From IMG/VR virus record IMGVR_UViG_3300045012_000053, positions 37,361 through 101,360 of that record: a stretch of DNA of 64,000 nt; one strand, given 5' to 3'. The notes beneath the pieces are model-generated. The model had not been told where the DNA came from. It worked only from the letters and a program-made list of their open reading frames with translations, and searched no databases. Positions 55,011 through 64,000 of the stretch are shown piece after piece; the first letter of the stretch is position 1; every line of letters begins with the position of its first letter. This stretch comes from a virus. Both the position numbers and the translations under genes were made by a program.

Positions 55011-55800
55011 ATCGCCCCCTGTCTTTATACGCTTGATTGATAATCATCATGTTTAGTTCTGGGATTGAAATCTGCGTGTCGCGACGAAACTTCTCGCTGT
55101 TCAAACTTCGATCACAACGCGGATATTCCATTGGAATAATGTTAACGTCTGTCTTACCATAAACGGACTTGAACGTCTCCAACAGATGAAACTTCGAAAC
55201 GGGTCTTGTTGCCACCTGATATAGACCTGTGAACTTCCTTCTGTAAATCAGTTCTGCCGTGAGGCTCGCTAACCAGTTGGTTGTGACGCCCGAAAAGATT
55301 GCATTAGTGTATCCCTTCACGTCGCCCTTCTGGCGCAAGAACCACTCTAGCAAACCGTGATAATTGGCGGTCTCTCTGCCAATAATGGACGTGCGCAGCG
55401 TCAGCGTGTTTGGCCCAGTGACTTCGCCGAGATACTTCGTGATGCCGTACAAGTCTTCCGCGTCCGACTTGCTATCTTCCTTATAATCGCCGTCTTTACC
55501 TGAGAACACGCAGTCGGTACTATAGTGAATGAGATACGCGCCGCTCTGCCGACACGCTCGTTGAAGATTGTGGGGAAACAGAGCGTTAACCGCAATACTC
55601 TCCCTAGGATTTTGCACCCGCTGCTTGATTACACCGACGCAATTAACAACGACGTCCGGTCGGTCTGCTCTGATATGACCGCAGTCCATAGGCTCTTCGG
55701 CGTCAATTCGAGGTGTAGTTACATTAGGGAAGTGCTCTTGTAAACGCTCCACCATCTTGTGCCCCAGCATCCCGGTTGAGCCTAGTACCGCGATCTTCAT
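54997..55800 (-). CDS. RmlD-like NDP-4-keto-6-deoxysugar reductase
   Basis: GSTGMLG, STDCVFSG, YGITK, RTSIIG. Confidence 0.9.
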   Translation of the reverse strand: MKIAVLGSTGMLGHKMVERLQEHFPNVTTPRIDAEEPMDCGHIRADRPDVVVNCVGVIKQRVQNPRESIAVNALFPHNLQRACRQSGAYLIHYSTDCVFSGKDGDYKEDSKSDAEDLYGITKYLGEVTGPNTLTLRTSIIGRETANYHGLLEWFLRQKGDVKGYTNAIFSGVTTNWLASLTAELIYRRKFTGLYQVATRPVSKFHLLETFKSVYGKTDVNIIPMEYPRCDRSLNSEKFRRDTQISIPELNMMIINQAYKDRGRYGAI

Positions 55801-56747
55801 GACCGCGCCTCCAACGTCATCTTTGCCGCCTTCATAACCGAATCGATTTTGGTTAGGTAGGTGTGCTTCTCCGCGACCTCATCCATCAGCTGGTGAAGAT
55901 CGGCCAGTTTGTAGCTTTTCAGCTGCTCCCGCGCTTCGTAGAACAGCTTGTACGTGTCATCGTTGTAGATGAGTCTTCCTTGAAACGCTTCTTGCGCGTA
56001 TCTGTTATTGGTGAGCGGAAGACATCCGTATGAGATGTTCTTATAGGTGCGGCACGGAATGTAGCCGACCTTAGCGTGATACTTATCGCCGATGGCTGGT
56101 GCCATGTAGGACGCGCGCACCAGTCGCACGTTCTCCTCGATTGACACGGGTGCCGCGCCGGAGAAGCCGCCCATTGTGACGAATCTGATTCCGTTCTCTT
56201 GGCACGCGGTACGAAACGGCCCGTGAACGTTTTCGTAAACGGTCCCCACGAAGTTGATCTCTTTGCTGTCTTCATTGAAAACGCGGGTCGGTTTGTTGGC
56301 CTCGATCTCGTGAGGGAACAAATCAGTGCCCCAGCGCAAGATTACGCAGCTATACGCCTCGTGCGCCTGCTGCGTGAAATATGTTTCCGGGCCGACTTCG
56401 ATGTTGTCCGGCGTCAGATTGGTCGTGCTCGTGTACATGCCGTAGTTCATCACCGAATACTGACGCATATCGCCGAAGAATTCCTTCGTAGTTTCGTCTG
56501 TGTTGTGGATGACGTAGAAGCAGTCCTTACGCTTCGGCAGGCCGCTCAAGTTCGCGACGTTGACGGAGAACACCACAGCGTTCGTGAAGTCCGCGTCTTC
56601 CGGGTTCATCTCATCGACCCATGAGACCTTGCGGTCGGGGAACTTGTATTTTAACGCGCGGTACCACGCTTCCTGAATGTGGCCGAACGTGTTGTACGAG
56701 TTGCGGAACCCGTACACGACAAAGTTGCACGTATCAAGATTAATCAT
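55797..56747 (-). CDS. Glycosyltransferase (GT-B, CgeB-like C-terminus)
   Basis: W.TDL.P.EI, INFVG, YIPCR.YKNISYG, HTY motifs. Confidence 0.7.
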   Translation of the reverse strand: MINLDTCNFVVYGFRNSYNTFGHIQEAWYRALKYKFPDRKVSWVDEMNPEDADFTNAVVFSVNVANLSGLPKRKDCFYVIHNTDETTKEFFGDMRQYSVMNYGMYTSTTNLTPDNIEVGPETYFTQQAHEAYSCVILRWGTDLFPHEIEANKPTRVFNEDSKEINFVGTVYENVHGPFRTACQENGIRFVTMGGFSGAAPVSIEENVRLVRASYMAPAIGDKYHAKVGYIPCRTYKNISYGCLPLTNNRYAQEAFQGRLIYNDDTYKLFYEAREQLKSYKLADLHQLMDEVAEKHTYLTKIDSVMKAAKMTLEARS

Positions 56748-57511
56748 ATTTTTATCCATCTCTCCGGTACGATATCGCGTGCGTCCTCGCTTGATGTTTG
56801 AAACCAGTTCTTCGGTGCTACCACGATTCGATCTCTCTTCCCGAGGTACGCGCCCCACCAGCTGAAAGAAGAGTTGGCGATGATCGCGCTCTTGCAGAGA
56901 GACATCGCTTGAATGTCAGCCGCCTCTTCCGTCGGGTGAACAATGTAATGGCCCTTGAAGTTTTCCTCGCACCACGTAGAGTCGTCGCTGAATATGAAAA
57001 ACTTTGTGTGGCGGACCCGGTCGGTGACGTACTTCATAGCTTCTCGGTAGTAGTCCATCCCGAGGTTGCCGTGAAAGCTAGCGTGTGGCTCCCTCGTGTA
57101 ATCGCCTCTGCGGACGTGGACCGCGACGGGCTGAATCTCGCTAAAGATCGCTTCCAGCGCCGCGTTGTTGGTCGCGCGAGGACGGAGCGCCGTCAGCTCT
57201 TCTTCCACGCCTTGAAAGTATTTCTCCGACTGCCAGTAGCCTTGGATGACGTCGCCGTTCACAATGCTGTTTGCAATCGAGGGATTGAACGGCATGCCTA
57301 CTTCGCTCACGTTCGGTTGCACCGCGTACGGCACTTCCAGCTTGTCTCCGTTCCACTGGTTCAAGCTGTAAGGACGCGCGCCGCCCAGACGGGACGTGTT
57401 GAGTTGCAGCTTCGTTCCCAGTCGCTTTGCTTGCGCTAACCCGAACGCATACTGAAATAACTGATTACCGTGTCCGCCGAGTAGTTGTATCGTAATCACT
57501 TCGCGCTCCAA
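56744..57511 (-). CDS. Alpha-1,2-fucosyltransferase (GT11)
   Basis: GGHGNQLFQYA, GYWQSEKYF, HVRRGDY, FSDD, IANSSFSWWGA. Confidence 0.9.
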   Translation of the reverse strand: MEREVITIQLLGGHGNQLFQYAFGLAQAKRLGTKLQLNTSRLGGARPYSLNQWNGDKLEVPYAVQPNVSEVGMPFNPSIANSIVNGDVIQGYWQSEKYFQGVEEELTALRPRATNNAALEAIFSEIQPVAVHVRRGDYTREPHASFHGNLGMDYYREAMKYVTDRVRHTKFFIFSDDSTWCEENFKGHYIVHPTEEAADIQAMSLCKSAIIANSSFSWWGAYLGKRDRIVVAPKNWFQTSSEDARDIVPERWIKI

Positions 57512-58164
57512 GTCAGTTCTGGGTGCAGGCTCATCATCACTTCGATCATCTTTCCTCTATTCATCTTTGAAACCATCGACTGCGGCTTCCTGCGGTAGAA
57601 GAACAACGGTTCGTTCAAGACGGCGACCTTCCAGCCGCGCTTCAAAATTGAAACCCACAGCTCCCAGTCCTCGCAGCCCTCGGTCATGATAGACTTGTAT
57701 CCGCCCGCCTGCTCGATTGCCTTCCTACGAATCAGGGAGCACACGGGCATACCGTTGTACTGCGTGATCTGGTGAATGGTCGTGTGGGTGGGACGCAGAC
57801 GATCTGAGTGTGTGCCGAAGTACATCATGTCGGTCGAGACCACCCCGATGTCGTTCGCCATATTCATCAGCGCCGTGGTTCTAAAAAGATAGTTCGGGTC
57901 GATCTTGTCGTCCGCGTCCAGCGGCAGAATCAGTTCGCCCGTTGCGAAATCGATGCCCGCGTTCCTCGCGGCTGACAGCCCGGCGTTTTCCTGATTGATG
58001 ATCTTGACCGGGAAGTTCTCTATCACGCTCAACGAGCCATCGGTAGAGCCGTCGTTGACGACGATCACTTCGAAGTCGTCATAGTTCTGCGTGAGAGCGG
58101 AGCAGATAGCCTCCGCGACGTACTCGCTCTGGTTGTAGCACGGGATGACGATAGAAACTCTCAT
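57496..58164 (-). CDS. GT2 glycosyltransferase
   Basis: IVIPCYN, VNDGSTD, GLSAARNAG, LDADD, EDWE. Confidence 0.95.
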   Translation of the reverse strand: MRVSIVIPCYNQSEYVAEAICSALTQNYDDFEVIVVNDGSTDGSLSVIENFPVKIINQENAGLSAARNAGIDFATGELILPLDADDKIDPNYLFRTTALMNMANDIGVVSTDMMYFGTHSDRLRPTHTTIHQITQYNGMPVCSLIRRKAIEQAGGYKSIMTEGCEDWELWVSILKRGWKVAVLNEPLFFYRRKPQSMVSKMNRGKMIEVMMSLHPELTWSAK

Positions 58165-58841
58165 CGGTCGCCCTTGGTCAGCGCCACAATTTTCGGCGTC
58201 GGACTTATCCCCGCCGCTGCCCACTTGTCTAGGTAGTGCGCGCCCGCATTTTCCGGATAGCAGTAGCTTGGGTCAAGCACCTTGGCTGGCAGATGATCTG
58301 CAAGATATCGATTCCAGTGGCTCTCGTCGTGCCAAACGGCCATCATCCCTCGACGTTCATCCAGCCCGATATCCATTGCTAGTTGGTCCGCCATATTCAA
58401 ATAGTGCAGCGCGCTTCCACCTTGAAATCCGCCGCAGTAATAAGCGGTGTTGTGAGAGCAGTACGCGTAAGAGTTAGGATTTGTTTCCGGTGTTCCCCGA
58501 GTCCCAACATAGCCGGGATGCAGAGTAGCCGTGAGTCCTTCCGAGAATATCTCCGTACCGACAGGAGCAACAAACAGCATATCCGCATCGATGTAGAATA
58601 TCTGATCGTAACTCTCCCACAAATCTATGTGCTCCAACATCGTGTGGTACCGCATCAGTGTCTCTCTCGGATAGCCCTTTGCCTCCGTAAAGAATGCGCC
58701 CTCTTGGAGAAACGCGGACGGCTCATCCGTGTAAACGTACGGGTCGTGGAGAGGGAAGAACTTGATGGCAGAGCGAAACATCGCCTTCGCGTAGTTGCGA
58801 TACGAGGCCCCGGTCGCGATTGTAATCAGCGCGGTCTTCAC
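58161..58841 (-). CDS. GT6 (ABO-like alpha-1,3-Gal/GalNAc) glycosyltransferase
   Basis: IATG..Y, DAD, LHPGY, YYCGGFQGG, WHDESHWNRY, PSYCYP. Confidence 0.9.
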   Translation of the reverse strand: MKTALITIATGASYRNYAKAMFRSAIKFFPLHDPYVYTDEPSAFLQEGAFFTEAKGYPRETLMRYHTMLEHIDLWESYDQIFYIDADMLFVAPVGTEIFSEGLTATLHPGYVGTRGTPETNPNSYAYCSHNTAYYCGGFQGGSALHYLNMADQLAMDIGLDERRGMMAVWHDESHWNRYLADHLPAKVLDPSYCYPENAGAHYLDKWAAAGISPTPKIVALTKGDR

Positions 58842-59524
58842 GAGTTCACCGAGTGCATCGTCTCCATCCACTTGGAATCAGGATGGTATCCCTTGCCGAA
58901 CTGCGCAGCCGGGTAGTGCCACGAGTAGGTGTTCGCGGGAAGGTCCAGCGCGGTCATTTCTTTTTTCGCGATCAGGGGGCCGAGCACTTGTCCAACCCAC
59001 AAATCTTCCGCCCAGCCTTGAGGAAACTTGTCCGCGATCAGTCCGACCGCGTCCATCGAGAGGAAGTATCCGAAGCCGCCGCTGGCCCACGGGTAGCAGT
59101 TCGGGATGTGATCGGTGACGCCGTTGCGTCCCACAGCATCGTAGGGGAACGTTACGCCGAGCGGCTTGCTGATCTTGCCCGCGTAGTCGTAGCCACGGTA
59201 CCCGCACGCTAACAGGCGCGCCGCATTCACGTAGGTGTCCGTGTCGCAGAGGAAAACGTCGTCGACCAGCTTGTTCAGCGCCCACTGGCAGATGCCGCGC
59301 GTCTTGAACGGAAGAGAATTGTAATCATCGCCCGCTTCCACAGCAACCTCGTCCGACTTGTAGTGGTGTGAGGTCTTGCCGTCCGTTTCCACACCCACGA
59401 AGAACCGCACCAGCGCCCGCCCTTTCAGCGCTTGTCCCCACGTGTTGCGAATGACGTCATGGGAGCCTTTGTACATATCCTCATGGCATGACTTTACTGC
59501 TACTAGAAGAGTCACTTTACGCAT
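58838..59524 (-). CDS. GT31-like (beta-1,3) glycosyltransferase
   Basis: R.TW, DDYNSLPFKT, CDTDTYV, ASGGFGYFLS, EDLWVG. Confidence 0.85.
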   Translation of the reverse strand: MRKVTLLVAVKSCHEDMYKGSHDVIRNTWGQALKGRALVRFFVGVETDGKTSHHYKSDEVAVEAGDDYNSLPFKTRGICQWALNKLVDDVFLCDTDTYVNAARLLACGYRGYDYAGKISKPLGVTFPYDAVGRNGVTDHIPNCYPWASGGFGYFLSMDAVGLIADKFPQGWAEDLWVGQVLGPLIAKKEMTALDLPANTYSWHYPAAQFGKGYHPDSKWMETMHSVNS

Positions 59525-60297
59525 CCTCCCGGAGAACGAACTACCGGAACCTGTTGATCGAAACCGTAATAGTCTTTAATGTCGCGCTTTCTCATCATTA
59601 GCTCGTGTCCTATATTGGCACGGCGGCGGAACTCCCGGTAATCCGGGTGCTGCTTGCTGGCGTCGTAAGGAAACGTGTTGATGTTTGCATAAGGGAGGAA
59701 CGCAACGCACTTACCCGCCGCTTTCAAATCCAAAAAGAAATCCGCGTGCTCCCCGCCGATAGGCCGGATGTTCGCATCCCAAGGAATTTCTCTCAAGACT
59801 TCGGTGCGCGCGAGAAAAAAGTTCGCTGCGATGTCAATCGAGTAGAGAACGAACGGCTTCAAAATAAAAGGCACGTCGGTGGCGTGAAGACGGTGCTCCT
59901 TGATGTAGCTTCCCTTCACGTATTCGAGAAAGCCTTCGTACGGCTTGTTGTTCACGCGGCCCGCTACCACGTCAACGCACTGATTGTATTTTAGCACCAT
60001 CATCATCTCGATGACGCTCTTTCTTGCCCACGTTGTGGAGAAATCGTAGTCGTCCGAGCCGATCAGCGTATACTTGGTACGCGTAAGGTTCACACCAAGA
60101 TTACGCTTCCCGGTTAATCCAGTGTCGTAAGGAAGCGTGCGCCAAACGGTGCAGTTCCCCTTCGTGCCCTCGTCGTCATCAGACACGACAATGACGTCGC
60201 ACTCAGGAAGATTCCAAGAGATACCGTGCAGGCAGTCTCTCAGATATCCTCGGCGGTGAAACGTCGGGATGATGATGGTGGTGTCCGACAATCGCAT
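59512..60297 (-). CDS. GT2-like glycosyltransferase
   Basis: IIIPTFHR, SDD, GLTGKRN, DDYD, NFFLAR, EHADFF. Confidence 0.8.
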   Translation of the reverse strand: MRLSDTTIIIPTFHRRGYLRDCLHGISWNLPECDVIVVSDDDEGTKGNCTVWRTLPYDTGLTGKRNLGVNLTRTKYTLIGSDDYDFSTTWARKSVIEMMMVLKYNQCVDVVAGRVNNKPYEGFLEYVKGSYIKEHRLHATDVPFILKPFVLYSIDIAANFFLARTEVLREIPWDANIRPIGGEHADFFLDLKAAGKCVAFLPYANINTFPYDASKQHPDYREFRRRANIGHELMMRKRDIKDYYGFDQQVPVVRSPGGCVK

Positions 60298-60482
60298 TAC
60301 TTAACCAGTCGGAGCGCTTGAATGGCGATGTCGGCCTTCGCGATGCGGTTCTCGTTGTCGGCCCACAGGACCGTCAAAATGACCGAGAGGGTCGATACGG
60401 CGCTGACTACCACCATCTTCGGACCACCGCTTTTCAGTTGTACCACCGAACCGATTGTGATTGCCTTCTGTTGCTTTTTCAT
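60297..60482 (-). CDS. DUF2158/YodC-like protein
   Basis: GSVVQLKSGGPKMVV. Confidence 0.8.
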   Translation of the reverse strand: MKKQQKAITIGSVVQLKSGGPKMVVVSAVSTLSVILTVLWADNENRIAKADIAIQALRLVK

Positions 60483-61027
60483 GATGCTTCTCCTTCTTTC
60501 TTAGGCTGCGGCGCGCTCTTGCGCGGCAGGATGTTGAACCGACCGTACTTTTTCACTAAGATGCGGGCCGCTCTTTTGCGCGCCTTCTGCAACTCTTCCT
60601 TGGTGTACTCGTCGGGAATCAGAGAGTAGACCAGTTGAACGAACTCGTTGGCTCGCTTGTTTAGCGGCGGCTTCAACCGCTTGCCCTTGAACGCGGCAGC
60701 GCCGATGATCTGCCGCTTCGTGGGCGGCTCATCCGGGCGGACAGCAGTGCGGAAATCAAGCACCAGCTCTCCCTTCTCGTCTTCTCGATAGTATTCGTAG
60801 TCACCGATGCGGCTCGTGAAAACCTGCTCGCACGGCGTGCCTCGATGACGAAGCTTGCAGACCTGACACTTGAACATGCGCCCGAGTTCCGGGTGCCGCT
60901 CCGAATACGAGCGGTGCGTGATAGCGCTTAACGCCGCGTCAACGGCCTTCTGCACCTCTTCCGAGACGTTGAACTTTGCGGGTTCAACTTCTGGTACCGA
61001 CTCAAGCGGAATCAGTTCATCTGTCAT
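60479..61027 (-). CDS. Hypothetical protein with Zn finger
   Basis: CQVC..RH...C. Confidence 0.6.
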   Translation of the reverse strand: MTDELIPLESVPEVEPAKFNVSEEVQKAVDAALSAITHRSYSERHPELGRMFKCQVCKLRHRGTPCEQVFTSRIGDYEYYREDEKGELVLDFRTAVRPDEPPTKRQIIGAAAFKGKRLKPPLNKRANEFVQLVYSLIPDEYTKEELQKARKRAARILVKKYGRFNILPRKSAPQPKKEGEAS

Positions 61028-61602
61028 ATGGCTCTCCCGAAGTCATAGTATCTGCCCTCGTGGGTCTTCTCGTTGTCTTCCGGCTCCGGCTTGATCGCCG
61101 GGATTCGTTTCGGCCCTACGTAGGTCCTTGCGTCCAAGATCAGCATGCCGTACTCTTCGATGCGATCTTGCGCGTCCTTGTTGCCTTCCACGTAAGCGCG
61201 TTCAATGTGCTCGCTCTCAATTGTGGCGACACGCGGAGTCTTGGGTGCCAGCCACTTGCGTTTCTTCCTCTCCGTCTCGTCCACCGGGTCGCTGCTGGTG
61301 TACACGATATCGGTTCCCGGGATGTCTTCCACGTAGGACTCGGTCTGCTTACCCGTACCCCGGCAGCGCGCACAGTTTCGAACCTCCGGGTCCGCATTAC
61401 ACATCTCGCAGATGACGTCTCGAAAGCCTCTAGATCGTTGCTTTACCACCCACTTGGCTTCCCCTATGTTGACCAGCCGGGTCGCTTCCATGATGGTGAC
61501 TACTTGCTTGCAGCGGCACTTCTTTGCGGGCGGCTCCTGCTCTTGTAGCACCACCGCTTCCTGCCCGTGGCAGGAGTGAACCTTTGATACGTAGACGACC
61601 AT
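61024..61602 (-). CDS. Protein with DnaJ-type CxxCxGxG zinc finger
   Basis: CEMC...CARCRGTG. Confidence 0.6.
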   Translation of the reverse strand: MVVYVSKVHSCHGQEAVVLQEQEPPAKKCRCKQVVTIMEATRLVNIGEAKWVVKQRSRGFRDVICEMCNADPEVRNCARCRGTGKQTESYVEDIPGTDIVYTSSDPVDETERKKRKWLAPKTPRVATIESEHIERAYVEGNKDAQDRIEEYGMLILDARTYVGPKRIPAIKPEPEDNEKTHEGRYYDFGRAI

Positions 61603-61618
61603 CCTTTCTCCTCATCCC

Positions 61619-62038
61619 TCATGGATTCGGGAGGAGTGGCATCGGACGGCCTCTTTTGCCCTTTCTGGGTTGATTAGTATCGGAGCGCTTGTTCAAGGCA
61701 GCGCGACGGATATTGCGGAGGAGAGACCGCACGGTATCTACGGTGACACCCATCTCGGCGGCGGCGTGGTTGTACGGCAACCCCATGCGGTAAACCAACA
61801 TGATGGCCTGATTCCAGCGGGCGGCGCGCTTACGCTGCTCCCAGTCGGTCGCCAACTTGGGAAACACGCGCAGCAAGATCACTCTGACTTCCGCGTCGTT
61901 GGATGCCCACTCCGGGGTGTCCTTCTGCCCGAAGAGCACGCGGACCTTTTTAATCTGGTGCGCCTTCATGAAGCCTTCGCTGCCGTCCATCTTTTTGCGC
62001 ATCTTTGCCATATCTTTTTTACTGGTCTCGCTCGCCAT
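61619..62038 (-). CDS. HTH DNA-binding protein (sigma region-4-like)
   Basis: GLPYNHAAAEMGVTVDTVRSLL. Confidence 0.65.
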   Translation of the reverse strand: MASETSKKDMAKMRKKMDGSEGFMKAHQIKKVRVLFGQKDTPEWASNDAEVRVILLRVFPKLATDWEQRKRAARWNQAIMLVYRMGLPYNHAAAEMGVTVDTVRSLLRNIRRAALNKRSDTNQPRKGKRGRPMPLLPNP

Positions 62039-62167
62039 CCGTTTCCTCCGCGTTTGCGTTTGGAACTTCTTTCAGCCCGAGTTGCCGTTCTCCCAGCCCC
62101 CACGACTCTAGAACCAGCTCCCAGTAACTCTTCTCCGTGTTCTCCACGTCCGGCTTGGTTATCTTTT

Positions 62168-63373
62168 TCATGCCTCGTTATCCTCGTTGTCCTCTTCCGC
62201 GAAGATATCGATGTCCTCGTCGGACTTTATAAAGTTTGCATCCCGGTACTGCTTGTCGTTCAACACGAACGCGCGGAAGTACGGGTCGGTTCTCGTATCG
62301 TTCGGGTAACGCACCCCGAACCTGTTCTCCCAGTCGTCGGACTTCCACGAGTTGACGATGTTCACGATCTGACGCGCGGCTATCTTGCCCGCGTCTTCCG
62401 CAGACTCCACGGTGACGAAGCCCGCGTTGAACTGTAGCCGCTGCTTCGTGATCTCGCTCTCGTCGACCAGCGTGCCGTACTGTCTCAGCCACTCGTCTCG
62501 ACGCGCCTTGGCTTCCTTGGTCTGGTCCGTCTTGCCGTTCTTCTTTCCTTGCGCGCGCTCCATTTCCTCAACCATGAAGTCGTTCGGTAAGAGCCAGATG
62601 CCGTCCTCCCCCACTTGTGCGACCACGGCCTCCGAGCCAGCCTTCATCATTTCCACGTCTTCCAGCAGCGTGACCGAATAACCTTTTTGAATCGTCAGTC
62701 CCTTCTTTACAAACCACAAGAGCGCAACATCGCGAATGCCGCTGAGCCACGAATAGCGACGCAGCTGTGTATCGTACGCTGCAATCCCATATTGATCTGG
62801 GAAGTCTGTACCAGCAGTTTTGATATCAACAATGATGGGGCGGAAAGCGCCATACTCAGGGAGCCAATTAAGCTTGGGTAGGAGAGGATGGTTGGGTTCA
62901 ACGAAGGCGACGATGTCAAGCTTGCCTTGGTCTTCGATTCCTCCATAGTTTGGGTCATTAGGAAATACCTCCTTCGAGTACATTCTTTGAAATACGCACT
63001 GCCCGCCGACCGGAATGGGAAGAGACGGCTGACGGATGGCGTACAGCTTCAACCAGTCGGTTCCGATGCGCAAGCACTGCGCCCAGTCCTTTTCTTTCTT
63101 GGTGTATTGCAGCTCCTTGTTGTCGGCGAACGGTTGCCACTTGGAAACGAAGTGCTGGATGGACGCCTTCAAGTCGCCACGGTTCTCGTGGTAGAACTGA
63201 ATGGCGTCTTCGAATGCCTTCCCGAACTCGAACCGCGCCTTCAAGTTCTTTTCCCGCCAGCCGTGAATCTTTTGCAGCTTGTATTTCAACGGGCACTGAT
63301 CGAACGTGTTGCCCGCAGAATACGAGTGCTTGGTCCAAGCCTGTCCTTTCGAGTTAATGTAGAGAAATGCCAT
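62168..63373 (-). CDS. PD-(D/E)XK (RecB/Cas4-like) nuclease
   Basis: SYS...CPLKY, GKLD, IVDIKT, QLRRY; acidic tail. Confidence 0.8.
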   Translation of the reverse strand: MAFLYINSKGQAWTKHSYSAGNTFDQCPLKYKLQKIHGWREKNLKARFEFGKAFEDAIQFYHENRGDLKASIQHFVSKWQPFADNKELQYTKKEKDWAQCLRIGTDWLKLYAIRQPSLPIPVGGQCVFQRMYSKEVFPNDPNYGGIEDQGKLDIVAFVEPNHPLLPKLNWLPEYGAFRPIIVDIKTAGTDFPDQYGIAAYDTQLRRYSWLSGIRDVALLWFVKKGLTIQKGYSVTLLEDVEMMKAGSEAVVAQVGEDGIWLLPNDFMVEEMERAQGKKNGKTDQTKEAKARRDEWLRQYGTLVDESEITKQRLQFNAGFVTVESAEDAGKIAARQIVNIVNSWKSDDWENRFGVRYPNDTRTDPYFRAFVLNDKQYRDANFIKSDEDIDIFAEEDNEDNEA

Positions 63374-63382
63374 CGTTGTCCT

Positions 63383-64000
63383 TTACTTCTTAAATCCGAG
63401 CGTGAAACCTTCCACCGACTTGTCTCCCACCTTGCTCATTCGGAAGACTTCCTTGATATTGCCCTTCAATCGGCGAATGGTCTCGTCGAAGCTGTGCTGG
63501 AACGCGAGCATCGCGACCGCGAGTTCACGAAGGTGAGCCATTCCGAGGCCAGCCGTTTGCTCCACCATATTGTCCATCTGCTCCAGCGTGGCGTGGTTCT
63601 TGAAGAGGCGTACCAAGTAAGCACGACGCGCTTCCGACACGGGCGGATTCAGCCCGATCACCAAGTCGAACCGACCGGGACGTTTCATAATGCGGTCTTC
63701 CAACGCGTCTGGTTTATTAGTCGTTGCCACGTTGATGACGTTACCGATCTGCTTCTCACCGTCGAGGAACGACAGCGTGTCGCTCTCCGTCTCCTTGTTC
63801 TCCAACAGCTTCTCGATGTCTTCAAAGATGCACATCACCGGACGGGCAGGTTCCACCTCTCTCAATTTCAAGAGGATGTCCTGATCGTTGTCGATATCCG
63901 TGATCGAGAGAACGATGCCTCCCCGCTTGATGATCTCGTTCGCGAGCATGCGGATGATGCTCGTCTTGCCGCACCCGGCGGGTCCGTAAAAGAGCACGCC
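63383..64000 (-). CDS. AAA+ ATPase (5' truncated by window)
   Basis: GPAGCGKT, IFEDIE, ATTN, RPGRFD. Confidence 0.9.
   Translation of the reverse strand, partial: GVLFYGPAGCGKTSIIRMLANEIIKRGGIVLSITDIDNDQDILLKLREVEPARPVMCIFEDIEKLLENKETESDTLSFLDGEKQIGNVINVATTNKPDALEDRIMKRPGRFDLVIGLNPPVSEARRAYLVRLFKNHATLEQMDNMVEQTAGLGMAHLRELAVAMLAFQHSFDETIRRLKGNIKEVFRMSKVGDKSVEGFTLGFKK

Noticed and set aside
62168-63373. Cas4 of a CRISPR system
   Set aside because: Lacks the C-terminal Cys cluster and there are no cas neighbours; ordinary phage PD-(D/E)XK nuclease
1-64000. CRISPR array, tRNA or rRNA genes
   Set aside because: No regularly spaced direct repeats or tRNA consensus were spotted by eye; tRNAscan-SE should confirm

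Overview
This window is 64 kb of a large, probably temperate, podovirus-like dsDNA phage or prophage with two converging arms. The + arm (1-34.9 kb) carries small basic/His-rich and membrane proteins, a secreted trypsin-like protease, large terminase, portal, scaffold, major capsid protein, adaptor/nozzle/fibre proteins and three ejection (internal virion) proteins, ending in a 1772-aa polyvalent protein. The - arm (34.9-64 kb) carries a tyrosine integrase, a Pth2-like hydrolase, a SprT-like protease, a nucleotidyltransferase-like protein, HNH/EndoVII endonucleases, a GH108 endolysin, a metallophosphoesterase, a ~12.6-kb sugar-nucleotide/glycosyltransferase/methyltransferase cluster, a PD-(D/E)XK nuclease and an AAA+ ATPase. 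Four things stand out. (1) The giant ejection protein has three candidate effector domains: two FtsH/M41-like zinc proteases and one HhH-GPD/Ogg2-like domain. Each is immediately followed by a small ORF with its own Shine-Dalgarno (SD) sequence. Two of these ORFs are nested out of frame inside the big gene, and two have near-consensus sigma70 promoters embedded in the coding sequence. This looks like an effector/nested-inhibitor system. (2) A covarying two-hairpin kissing-loop element occludes the ribosome-binding site of two EndoVII endonuclease genes. (3) A ~140-nt multi-stem RNA with kissing loops lies upstream of the packaging genes. (4) The glycan cluster has no exporter and includes GT11+GT6 (blood-group-like) enzymes, possibly for virion glycosylation. 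All calls come from motifs read by eye; no searches or folding programs were run.
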